Source: an uncultured Dehalococcoidia bacterium | GTDB taxonomy: Bacteria; Chloroflexota; Dehalococcoidia; Lucifugimonadales; GCA-2712585 | Reading direction: 5' to 3' | NCBI GenBank assembly: GCA_958295715.1 | Contig: OY282371.1 | Span: 1,406,267 to 1,470,266 of the forward strand | Length of the DNA stretch: 64,000 nt | Shown here: one piece after another, positions 53,924 through 62,774 of the stretch | Position numbering within the stretch: the first letter of the stretch is position 1 | How the letters are laid out: every line of letters begins with the position of its first letter | The notes under the pieces: generated by a model | Databases searched by the model: none | The model's input: the letters and a program-made list of their open reading frames with translations, nothing else | What the model was told of the DNA's origin: nothing | Translations under genes and position numbers: made by a program

Positions 53924-55297
53924 TTGGACGATAGCCTGATTGAAGAGCTTCGGAGCATCCTCGGTCCCTCCGGGGTCTTGACGGAGCCGCGGGACGTGGA
54001 GCGCTACTCCAGGGACGCCCTGACTCCCCGCGGGGCCTTTGGAGCCGCGCCCCTCCTCGATAGAATGGCCGACGTCGTGGTGAGGCCGGCGTCGGTGGAG
54101 GAGGTGGCGTCGGTGGTCAAGCTGGCGCGCCGGCGGCGGGCGCCGGTGGTCGCCTACGGCGGCGGCACCGGGGTGATGGGGGCCTTGGCCCCAGTGAAGG
54201 GCGGCGTGATGGTGGACATGGGCGCCATGAACCGGGTCTTGGAGGTGAACCCAAGAAACATGACCGCGACGGTGGAGTCGGGGGCCATCCTCGCAGACGT
54301 GGCCGAGGCCCTTGAGCGGGCGGGGCTTATGCTGGGCCACGACCCGTGGAGCGCGCCCATCGCCACGGTGGGCGGGGCCATATCCACCAACGGCGTGGGC
54401 TACCGGGCATCGGCGGTGGGGCCTATGGGTTCCCAGGTCCTGGGCCTTGAAGTCGTCCTGCCCACGGGCGACGTCCTGCGCACCAGAAGCGTGCCCAAAG
54501 GCTCCGCCGGCCCCGACCTGAACCGGCTCTTCACCGGCTCCGAGGGGGTTTTGGGAATCATCACCAAGGCCACCCTGCGAGCATTGCGGCAGCCGGAGGA
54601 GCGGCTCTTTTCCACCTTCCGTTTTCAGGACTTTGAGGAAGGATACGAGGCCGTGGTGGAGATGTTCGCCCTGGGGCTGCGTCCCGCCGTGATAGACCTC
54701 ACGGAGGACGCCGAAGGGGTGCATCTGTATCTGATATTCGAAGGGTATAAGGAGTTGGCGGCGGCTCAGCGTGAACGGTCGGGCCAAGTCTGTCGTTCGA
54801 AGGGCGGGCGGGACATGGGGCCAACGAAGGCCATCCTGTACTGGGACGCCCGGTATCACGTCGCGGAAGGCTATCAAGAGCGCCGGCAGAAGGCCCTGCG
54901 CGGAGAGAAGCCGCCCCAGCAGGGCCGGGCCTTCGACTATCTGCACGTGGCCGTTCCCGTAGAGAAGGCCTTGGAGTATCGCCGGCGATGCGAGGCGATC
55001 TTCAAGACCTACGACATCCGCACGCCGGAGTTCTCCATCTGGACGGAGCCGGAGCTTTTTTCCATGCTGCTAACGCCGGGAGACCTCACCAAGGAGGGGG
55101 AGAACGCCATCGCGGTGGACAAGGCCCTGAAGCTGGCCCAGGACATGGGCGGCATCATGGAGTACTGCCACGGCGTGGGCGTCAAGCTGTCCCACCTGCT
55201 GGGCCGGGAGATGGGCGCGGGGCTGGAGGTGGTGAGGGCCATCAAGCGCGCCCTGGACCCCGACGGCATTATGAATCCGGGGAAGCTGGGCCTGTAG
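53924..55297 (+). CDS. FAD-linked oxidase (GlcD/D-lactate dehydrogenase-like)
   Basis: 457 aa. FAD-binding PCMH pattern VVAYGGGTGVMG, C-terminal FAD-oxidase_C-like region, TTG start. Confidence 0.8.
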   Translation: MDDSLIEELRSILGPSGVLTEPRDVERYSRDALTPRGAFGAAPLLDRMADVVVRPASVEEVASVVKLARRRRAPVVAYGGGTGVMGALAPVKGGVMVDMGAMNRVLEVNPRNMTATVESGAILADVAEALERAGLMLGHDPWSAPIATVGGAISTNGVGYRASAVGPMGSQVLGLEVVLPTGDVLRTRSVPKGSAGPDLNRLFTGSEGVLGIITKATLRALRQPEERLFSTFRFQDFEEGYEAVVEMFALGLRPAVIDLTEDAEGVHLYLIFEGYKELAAAQRERSGQVCRSKGGRDMGPTKAILYWDARYHVAEGYQERRQKALRGEKPPQQGRAFDYLHVAVPVEKALEYRRRCEAIFKTYDIRTPEFSIWTEPELFSMLLTPGDLTKEGENAIAVDKALKLAQDMGGIMEYCHGVGVKLSHLLGREMGAGLEVVRAIKRALDPDGIMNPGKLGL

Positions 55298-55464
55298 CCG
55301 CCTCCCTTTGCGCCTCCCTTTACGGCGGCAGCGGTCGGGGTTGACGGGCTTCACGGATTCCCCTTTGCGCGGGACGGCCGGGAGGGTCAGAGAAGCGACG
55401 GCGGCCTCCGTCGCTGTGACCGATGTTGTGAATAGAACGGCGGGGTTGGTATCATTCCAGGGAG

Positions 55465-56154
55465 TTGAGATACGGCTCCAAGCTCATAGAGGCCCGCTTC
55501 ATCCGGCGGTTGAACCGGTTCGCCGCGCTGGTGGAGTTGGAGGGCGCGCACGTCCAGGCCCACGTGCCAAACTCCGGGCGTATGCGGGAGTTGCTGACGG
55601 AGGGCCGCCGGTCCCTGCTGCGGCGCGCCGGGAAGCCGGGCAGAAAGACGGCCTACGACCTGGCCCTGGTGGACCTGGGAGGCGTCCTCTGCTCGGTGGA
55701 CTCCCGTCTGCCGCCTCATTTGGTGGAGGAGGCCTTCGGCTCAGGCCGGCTGGAGCAGTTCGCCGGTTACCAGCAGGCGCGCCGGGAGGTGGGTCTGGGC
55801 GAGAGCCGCATCGACCTGGCCCTGTCGGGAGGAAGCGGGACGTGCTACGTGGAGACCAAGTCGGTGACGCTGGTGGAGGAGGGCGTGGCCCTCTTTCCCG
55901 ACGCGCCTACGGAGCGGGGGCGAAAGCATCTGGCCAGCCTGACGGAGGCCGTGAAGGCCGGCGACAGGGCCGCGGTGGTGTTCGTGGTCCAGCGCAGCGA
56001 CGCCGCCAGTTTCGTTCCTCACGACTCTGCCGACGAGCCATTCGGCCAGGCTCTGAGGGCGGCGGCGTCTCAGGGCGTGGAGGTCTATGCCTACCGGTGC
56101 CGGGTGAGCGCCGGGGCGATAACCTTGGAAAGCCGCATCCCGGTGAATCTCTAG
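55465..56154 (+). CDS. sfsA: SfsA-family nuclease-fold protein
   Basis: 229 aa. ARFIRRLNRFAALVELEGAHVQAHVPNSGRM. TTG start 9 nt after a TGgTATCAT box. Confidence 0.85.
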   Translation: MRYGSKLIEARFIRRLNRFAALVELEGAHVQAHVPNSGRMRELLTEGRRSLLRRAGKPGRKTAYDLALVDLGGVLCSVDSRLPPHLVEEAFGSGRLEQFAGYQQARREVGLGESRIDLALSGGSGTCYVETKSVTLVEEGVALFPDAPTERGRKHLASLTEAVKAGDRAAVVFVVQRSDAASFVPHDSADEPFGQALRAAASQGVEVYAYRCRVSAGAITLESRIPVNL

Positions 56155-56155
56155 G

Positions 56156-56857
56156 ATGACGGCCATGAACCATGAGAGCGCGGATATAGGCCCTCTGCTG
56201 AGGGAGGTGTACCGGCGCCTGCGCGAAGAGCACGGGGCGCAGAACTGGTGGCCGGCGGACTCCGCCTTCGAGGTGGCGGTCGGGGCCATCCTCACCCAGT
56301 CGGTGGCGTGGAGCAACGTTGAAAAGGCCCTGTCCAACCTGAAGAGCGCCGGGGTCCTGTCCCCCAAGGGTCTGTGGGACGTTCCAGTGGAGGAGTTGGC
56401 CGCGCTGATACGGCCTTCGGGCTACTTCAACGTGAAGGCCAGGCGGCTGAAGGCCTTCGCCGAGCGCCTGTGGACGGAGCATCAGGGCAGCTTGGAGGGG
56501 ATGTTCGCCATGGACGCGGCCTCCCTGCGGGAGGAGTTGCTGTCGATACACGGCATCGGCGAGGAGACCGCCGACGACATCATCCTCTACGCGGCGGGCA
56601 AGCCTCTGTTCGTCATTGACGCCTACACCCGCAGGGTGGTTGACCGGCTGAGGCCCGGCTGCGCGGGTCCCGGCTACGGGGAGTACCAGCGGCTTTTCCA
56701 CGACGCCCTGCCCAAGGATAGCTCCCTGTTCAACGAGTATCACGCCCTGCTGGTGCGCCACGGCAAGCACGTTTGCAGGAAGACGCCCCGGTGCGGGGAG
56801 TGCCGCCTCGTGGGGTTGTGCGTCACGGGCGGCGAGATGGCGGCGCGGAATGGCTGA
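56156..56857 (+). CDS. endonuclease III-related HhH-GPD protein with 4-Cys cluster
   Basis: 233 aa. NWWPADSAFEVAVGAILTQ, HhH IHGIGEETADDI, C-terminal CRKTPRCGECRLVGLC. Confidence 0.8.
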   Translation: MTAMNHESADIGPLLREVYRRLREEHGAQNWWPADSAFEVAVGAILTQSVAWSNVEKALSNLKSAGVLSPKGLWDVPVEELAALIRPSGYFNVKARRLKAFAERLWTEHQGSLEGMFAMDAASLREELLSIHGIGEETADDIILYAAGKPLFVIDAYTRRVVDRLRPGCAGPGYGEYQRLFHDALPKDSSLFNEYHALLVRHGKHVCRKTPRCGECRLVGLCVTGGEMAARNG

Positions 56858-58109
56858 GGAGAAGCGCGGGCCCAAGGACGTTGACCGCAGAATTGCCCAG
56901 TGGCTGGCGTCGGAATCCGAGACGTGGCAGCGGGACGGGCTGGTCAGCGCGGAGCAGGCCGAGGCCATCAGAGCCGGATACCGCTCCGACGCGCAGGCGC
57001 GGACGCAGAAGGCCCAGGCGCGGCTGATATCGGCCCTGGCCGTCTTCGGCGCCGTCCTGGTGAGCGTTGGCGTGTCCCTGTTCTTCGCGGCCAATTGGGG
57101 CGACATGCCGCGATGGTTCCGGCTGGCCCTGATTATGGTCGTCATACCGGCCATCTACGGCGCCTCCTACTGGCTCGGTTATGTAAAGGGCTATAGGCGG
57201 GTGGGCGTCGCGGTGACGCTGTTGGGGGCCGTCAGCTACGGAATCGCCATCCACCTGGTGGCTCAGGCCTACGACTCCCCGGTCGATGATCCCATGATCT
57301 TCACCTACTTCTTCCTTGGAATAGTCCCGCTGGCCTACCTAACCCGCTCCCAGGTTCTGACGGCGGCCGCCTTGGGTGTCTTTCTAGTCATGGCGGGGAT
57401 TTGGCTCGCCGACCAGATAGGGGAGACGGGAACGGATGAGAGCCAGGCCATATTCTCCCTTGCCACCTACGCCATGATAGGGCTGGGGCTGTACGGGCTG
57501 GGCAGGGCACAGAGGAGTTTCGGCTGGACGCGGCCCCATGCAAGCGTGTTCCAAGGCGTCGGGGCGGTGACGGTCTTGATTACCGTGTACATGCTCAGCT
57601 TCAGGTATCTGTACGAGCCGGCCGCATCAAGAGGGGACGCGGATTCCGTGGCCACGGCCGGGCTGTGGGTCCTGCTCTGCGGGATGGGCGCGGCGGGTCT
57701 GTTGGGACTGGCGGTGGCCACCGCCCGGTCGCGGGACAGGAACGGCTTGGCCTGGGAGTTGGTCGCCGCCGCCCTCTTGGCCCCGGCGATAATCGCGGCG
57801 GCAATCGTCCAGCAAGGCGGCGGCCTGACCTTTCCCATACTATTCAACGCCCTGCTATTCCTGGCGGTTATCGCTCTCGTCTTTGAGGGGTACAGGCGCG
57901 GGGAGCCGGCCCTCATCAACATAGGCGCCGGCCTCTTTATGCTGAACGTGGCCACCCGGCTCCTTGAGATAAGCTGGGGACTGCTGGACAGGTCCTTCGC
58001 CTTTCTCGCGACGGGGGTAGTTCTGCTGGCCGTGGCCCTGCTGCTGGAGCGGGGGCGCCGGCGGGTCATTGACCGGATGGCCGCAAGAGAGGGGAGGAAC
58101 GCGGGATGA
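56850..58109 (+). CDS. DUF2157-like polytopic membrane protein
   Basis: 419 aa. Soluble N-terminal helix (GLVSAEQAEAIRAGY) followed by about 10 TM segments. Confidence 0.65.
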   Translation: MAEEKRGPKDVDRRIAQWLASESETWQRDGLVSAEQAEAIRAGYRSDAQARTQKAQARLISALAVFGAVLVSVGVSLFFAANWGDMPRWFRLALIMVVIPAIYGASYWLGYVKGYRRVGVAVTLLGAVSYGIAIHLVAQAYDSPVDDPMIFTYFFLGIVPLAYLTRSQVLTAAALGVFLVMAGIWLADQIGETGTDESQAIFSLATYAMIGLGLYGLGRAQRSFGWTRPHASVFQGVGAVTVLITVYMLSFRYLYEPAASRGDADSVATAGLWVLLCGMGAAGLLGLAVATARSRDRNGLAWELVAAALLAPAIIAAAIVQQGGGLTFPILFNALLFLAVIALVFEGYRRGEPALINIGAGLFMLNVATRLLEISWGLLDRSFAFLATGVVLLAVALLLERGRRRVIDRMAAREGRNAG

Positions 58110-58474
58110 GTCCTAAGATGCGTTGGGTCTTCGCGGCCATAGTCGCGGGCCAACTCCTCCTGCTGACGGGCCTCATAGTCGAGAGGGAGGTCAGCTTGCG
58201 GAGTGACGCCGGCGCGGTCCTGGAGACGCCGCGCGATGGCGATGAGACGAGACGCGTAGGCGTTGGGTCAGCCCTTTCCCTTCCAAATCTCCTCCAGCAG
58301 GCTGGCGGGCGACATGGGGAGGGCGGTCATCCTGACGCCCACCGCGTCGTAGATGGCGTTGGCCACGGCGGCCATGGGCGGCACTATGGGCACTTCACCA
58401 ACGCCCCGCACGCCGAAGGGGTGCCCAGGGTTGGGCGTCTCGACTATAACCGTGTCTATCATGGGCAGGTCTAG
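58106..58474 (+). pseudogene. possible truncated GDYXXLXY-type gene remnant
   Basis: ATGA-coupled to the DUF2157 gene, as GDYXXLXY partners usually are. The TM start (WVFAAIVAGQLLLLTGLIV) is present, but no GDY..L.Y motif follows and the 3' 200 nt overlap the convergent Mo-enzyme gene. Confidence 0.3.
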
Positions 58475-60577
58475 GGAGGTGGGCATACGGTAGTCGAGGA
58501 AGGTGGGGTTGGTCATGCGGCCCGCGTCGTTGTAGAAGTACTCCTCGTTCAAGGCCCAACCGATGCCCTGAACGACCCCGCCCTGGATTTGGCCTTCCAC
58601 GTAGTCGGGATGCACCGCCTTCCCCGCGTCCTGTAGGGCGGTGTACCGGAGTATCTGCACCTTGCCCGTTTCCGGGTCCACCTCAACGTCCACGATGTTG
58701 ACGGCGAAGGCCGCGCCCACGCCCCGGGGGTCGACGGCGGCGCGCCCGACTATGGGGCCGCCCGTCGAGTTCAGCATTTCGGCCAACTCCTTGAAGGAGA
58801 GCCTGAGTTGGGGGTTGGTACGGTGAAGGAAGACGCCATCCTCCAAAACCACCTCGTCGGTGGGAACGTCCCACACCTCGGCGGCGCGCCGCGTCATCTG
58901 CCGCCTAATGTCCTGGGCCGCCTCCCAGCAGGCCCACCCGGTCTTGAAAGCCACGCTGCTGCCGCCGGTGCTGGAGGTGTAGCCGATGGAGCCGGTGTCG
59001 CCAATGGAGGGTATCACGTCGGTTACGGGTATCGTTAAGACCTCGGCCACGTGCATGGCCACGGCCACCCGGCTGCCGCCGATGTCGGGGGAGCCTTCCA
59101 CCAGACTGACGGAGCCGTCGGCGTTCACGCTGGCGAAGGCGGTGGATGGCCCGGTGTTGTTTCGCCAGAAGCCGGCGGCCACGCCCCTGCCCCGGTTCGG
59201 CCCCGTGAGGGGAGCGGCCAGATGGGGGTGGTCCTGAGCGGCCCGGACGGTCTCCACGAAGCCGATGCGGGGGAAGGACACGCCGCTAATCTGGCGCGTC
59301 CCCTCGGCGGCGGCGTTCAGGAGGCGAAACTCCAACGGGTCCATGCGCAGCTTCTCGCAGATGACGTCTATCACCGTCTCGGCGGCGAAGGCCGCGGCGG
59401 GGGCGCCCGGCGCGCGGTAGGCGGCGGTCTTGGGCTTGTTTATAACCACGTCGTAGGCCTCCACCCGGGCGTTGGGTATGTCGTAAGGGCCGAAGATGCA
59501 CTGGGCCCCGGCGCTTATGGGCGCGCCCGGGTAGGCGCCGGCCTCGTAGGCCAGGAAGGCGTCGGCGGCGGTGATGCGTCCCTCCTCGTCAACGCCCATC
59601 TTAACCCGCATGTAGCTCCCGGAGGTGGGGCCGGTTCCCTGAAACACCTCGGAGCGGTTCATGGTCATCTTGACGGGACGGCCGGACTTCTTCGATAGGA
59701 GGGCGGCCAGGGTTTCCAAGTAGGTGGAGAGTTTGCCGCCAAAGCCGCCGCCGATTTCCATGGGAATGACCCTGACGTTGGACACGGGTATCCCCAGGAT
59801 GATGGCCACGTTGTCGCGGATGGCGAAATGGCCCTGGGAACTGCACCACACGGTCAACTCGCCGGCGGGGTTCCAAAGGGCCGTGGCGCTGTGCGGCTCA
59901 ATGTAGCCCTGGTGCACGGTGGCCGTGCGGTACTCCCTGTCCACCACCACGTGGGCCTCGGCGAAGCCCTTCTCCGCGTCCCCCTTTTCCAGAATGAAAT
60001 GGTTGGAAACGTTGGTGCCCTTTCCGGCGTCGTCCTCGTCCCGGAGGCCGCCCGGCTGGATGCCCGCGAAGGAGAAGGTCGCCAGCCGGTCGTGGAGGAC
60101 CGGGGCGTCCTCCTCCATAGCCTTTAGAACGTCGGTGACCTCCGGGAGGGGCTGGTAGTCAACCTTTATGGCGGCGAGGGCCTCTTCAGCGACGTGGAGG
60201 CTGTCGGCGGCGACGGCGGCGACGGCGTGGCCCACGTAGAGGACTTTTTCGCCCGCGAGCACGTTGTTGCTCAGGAACTTGGGGTTCACCATGGCCCCCT
60301 CGCCCAGGTCCGCCGCGCGGCCGGAGGGCTGGGGCAGGTCTTGAGCGGTGGCCACGGCTCTGACGCCCGGGATGGCCAGGGCCGGGGTCGCGTCTATGGA
60401 GTTAACGCGGGCGTGGGGGTGAGGGCTTCTGAGGACAGCCCCGTAGATGAGGCCCGGCAGGTTGACGTCGGCCCCGTACTGGGCGCGGCCCGTCACCTTG
60501 TCGGCGCCGTCGTGTCGTATGGGCCTGGTTCCCACGACGTTGTAGCTTCCCGTGGCGAGAACGATGTTTGAGTCCAT
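58268..60577 (-). CDS. xanthine dehydrogenase/aldehyde oxidase/CoxL-family molybdopterin-binding large subunit
   Basis: 769 aa. Typical Ald_Xan_dh_C/C2 layout (GRAQYGADV, GGGFGGK, ..PGHPFGVRGVGE). Confidence 0.9.
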   Translation of the reverse strand: MDSNIVLATGSYNVVGTRPIRHDGADKVTGRAQYGADVNLPGLIYGAVLRSPHPHARVNSIDATPALAIPGVRAVATAQDLPQPSGRAADLGEGAMVNPKFLSNNVLAGEKVLYVGHAVAAVAADSLHVAEEALAAIKVDYQPLPEVTDVLKAMEEDAPVLHDRLATFSFAGIQPGGLRDEDDAGKGTNVSNHFILEKGDAEKGFAEAHVVVDREYRTATVHQGYIEPHSATALWNPAGELTVWCSSQGHFAIRDNVAIILGIPVSNVRVIPMEIGGGFGGKLSTYLETLAALLSKKSGRPVKMTMNRSEVFQGTGPTSGSYMRVKMGVDEEGRITAADAFLAYEAGAYPGAPISAGAQCIFGPYDIPNARVEAYDVVINKPKTAAYRAPGAPAAAFAAETVIDVICEKLRMDPLEFRLLNAAAEGTRQISGVSFPRIGFVETVRAAQDHPHLAAPLTGPNRGRGVAAGFWRNNTGPSTAFASVNADGSVSLVEGSPDIGGSRVAVAMHVAEVLTIPVTDVIPSIGDTGSIGYTSSTGGSSVAFKTGWACWEAAQDIRRQMTRRAAEVWDVPTDEVVLEDGVFLHRTNPQLRLSFKELAEMLNSTGGPIVGRAAVDPRGVGAAFAVNIVDVEVDPETGKVQILRYTALQDAGKAVHPDYVEGQIQGGVVQGIGWALNEEYFYNDAGRMTNPTFLDYRMPTSLDLPMIDTVIVETPNPGHPFGVRGVGEVPIVPPMAAVANAIYDAVGVRMTALPMSPASLLEEIWKGKG

Positions 60578-60639
60578 TTTCGGCTGCCTCCGGCGTTGGC
60601 GGTGTGGGGGTACGGGGGGATTTTACCACAGCGGCCCAT

Positions 60640-60986
60640 GGCTTTCATGGGCGGGGTTGCCTCCCGTCCGTCATTCCCGCTCTCACCCTCTTATCCGTCA
60701 TTCCCGCGCAGGCGGGAAGGGCGCGTGCGCCCACTTAGTTTTGAGTAGCGCTGGTTCTGCGCGTTAGGTGTCCGTCATCCGCCGCCGGGTTACCCCCGTT
60801 CCAACGCGCGCCCCTCCCTTCGTCATTCCCGCTCCCTCCCTTCCGTCATTCCCGCGCAGGCGGGAAGGGCGCGTGCGCCCACTTAGTTTTGAGGAGAGCC
60901 GGTTCTGCGTTGGAGGCTTCCCGGCGTTCCCACCTCCCCACTCGTCATTCCCGCTTCTCCCTCCCGTCATTCCCGCGAAGGCGGGA
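60640..60986. repeat. REP/NIME-like repeat cluster, right end interrupted by IS
   Basis: Composite fwd units at 60697-60768 and 60845-60917 (GGGCGCgtGCGCCC hairpins). Half-units at 60669 and 60830. REP at 60966-60986 is cut after GCGGGA. Confidence 0.85.
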
Positions 60987-61977
60987 TGTGAATTCACATT
61001 TCAAGTGCAACACCTTGTTCCGGAAAGTTTCGGCTGGGGTCCGGTAGTCCAGACACTTGCGAGGGGTGTGGTTGTAGGCTTGGACCAGTTGGGTGAAGCG
61101 CTCCTCGGACACCGCCGCCAGGTCGGTCTTGCGGGGCAGGGTCCTCCGCAGCCGGCCAATGGCGTTCTCCACGCCGCCCTTCTGCCAGGGGGAGCGGGTG
61201 TCGCAGAAGAAGGTCTGGATGCCGAGGGCGTGGAGAAGGTGGTGGCGGGCGAACTCCGTGCCGTTGTCGAAGGCGACCGTCTGGCGCCACTCCTGGGGCA
61301 AGGGCCCCAAGGGCCTCGGCGATAGCAGTGGCGATGGGTCCCGCGGCCTTCCCCGGGGGTCTGAGGGCTATGAGCAGGCGGGTGCAGCGCTCGTGGAGGA
61401 TGAGGACGACTTGGCCGTAGGCGCTGAAGAGCATGGTGTCGGCCTCCCAGTGGCCCGGCTTCTGGCGGTCATCCGCATCCTGAGGACGCTCTTCCAAGGG
61501 CAGGCGGTCGGGGATGAAGGACACGGAACTGCCGCCCCGGCGCCCCCGCCAGCCTCGTCTGGACTTGCGCCGGGGCAGGTAGAGCCGCCAGGAGTAGTCC
61601 TTCCTGCGGGCTATCTGGGCGTAAATGAACCGGTAGATAGACTCATGGGAGATGACCGTCCTTCCCTTCTCCAGGGCCAGCCGGCCGGACACCTGCTCCG
61701 GGGACCAGCCTAGCTCGAGACGGGCGAGGACATCCTCCCGAAGGGTGGGGTCGCGGGTCAGCCGGTGACCGTGCCAACGGCGGGCGTGGGCCTGTTGGTC
61801 GGCGTACTTGGGCCGGTAGCCGCCATTGGCCGAAGGATTGCGCTTCAACTCCCGAGCAACCGTTGATGGCGAGCGATCCAGAGCTGCCGCGATTTGGCGG
61901 AGGGAGTGTCCCGTGGCATGTAGTCGGGCAATTTCACACCGTTCCACAATGTCGAGCTGCGTGTAGTGGAGTCCCAT
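60945..61977 (-). pseudogene. IS30-family transposase, frameshifted
   Basis: N-terminal HTH + core in the frame of ORF 60994-61977 up to ..AIAEALG. C-terminal ..LPQEWRQTVAFDNGTEF..PWQKGGVENAIGRLR in the frame of ORF 60945-61310. The shift maps to a GGGG run near 61305. The distal frame has no stop inside the IS. Confidence 0.75.
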
Positions 61978-62021
61978 GGCAACACCTCAATTAAGTGTTG
62001 CACTTCGTTTGTGAGTTTAGC
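60987..62021 (-). mobile_element. IS30-family insertion sequence (about 1035 bp)
   Basis: Imperfect terminal IRs sharing ..TCACA....AAGTGCAACAC (left at 60987-61013, right at 61995-62021). An IS30-type DDE transposase lies inside. The flanks reconstitute one REP unit with a GA duplication (60985-60986 / 62022-62023). Confidence 0.8.
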
Positions 62022-62700
62022 GAATCCATCCCCCCTTATCCCCGTTGCGACAGGTGGCTGGCGCGGGATTGCCTCCCCGTCCGTCATTCCCGCGCCCTCC
62101 CTTCCGTCATTCCCGCGCAGGCGGGAATCCATCTCCTCTTATCCCCGTTTCGACAGGTGGCTGGCCCGTGGTTGCCGCCCCGTCCGTCATTCCCGCTTCC
62201 CTCTCCCGTCATTCCCGCGCAGGCGGGAATCCATCCCCTCTTATCCCCGTTGCGACAGGTGGCTAGCGCGTGGTTGCCGCCCCGTCCGTCATTCCCGCCC
62301 CCCTCCATCCGTCATTCCCGTGAAAACGGGAATCCAGGAACCCTTCATGGCAAAACCAGCGCTTCAACCCCTAGCGTCGCCTTGTGGGCGGCCCTCCGGC
62401 CCGCCGCTCGTAGGGGTTGGGTTGTCCGTTCATATGATTAGAGGGGGAAGATGGATTCCCGCCTGCGCGGGAATGACGGATTCGGGGGGCGGGGTTCGGG
62501 GCGCTGGCTCTGCGTTGAGGCCTTCCTGGATTCCCGCCTGCGCGGGAATGACGGGAAGGGAGGCGCGGGCGGTGGTAGCGAGCGTGACCGGTGGCCCCGG
62601 GGCTTGGGGCGTTGGCTTTGGGGTGTAAGGTTCCTGGATTCCCGTTTTCACGGGAATGACGGATAGGGGGGCGGCAATGACGGATTCGGGCGGGAATTCA
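62022..62700. repeat. REP/NIME-like cluster with a 3 x 102-bp tandem array
   Basis: Tandem units begin at 62022, 62124 and 62226 (..GAATCCATCCCCTCTTATCCCCGTTGCGACAGGTGGCTGGCGCGTGGTTGCCGCCCCGTCCGTCATTCCCGC..). REPs at 62106, 62208 and 62311 (variant) fwd. REPs at 62453, 62528 and 62636 (variant) rev. Confidence 0.9.
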
Positions 62701-62774
62701 GGGGGTGAAAGCGCAGGCGGCCTGTGGTATGCTCACTGTTGGGAGGAATCCAACAAAAAGTTTGGAGGTGAGCC

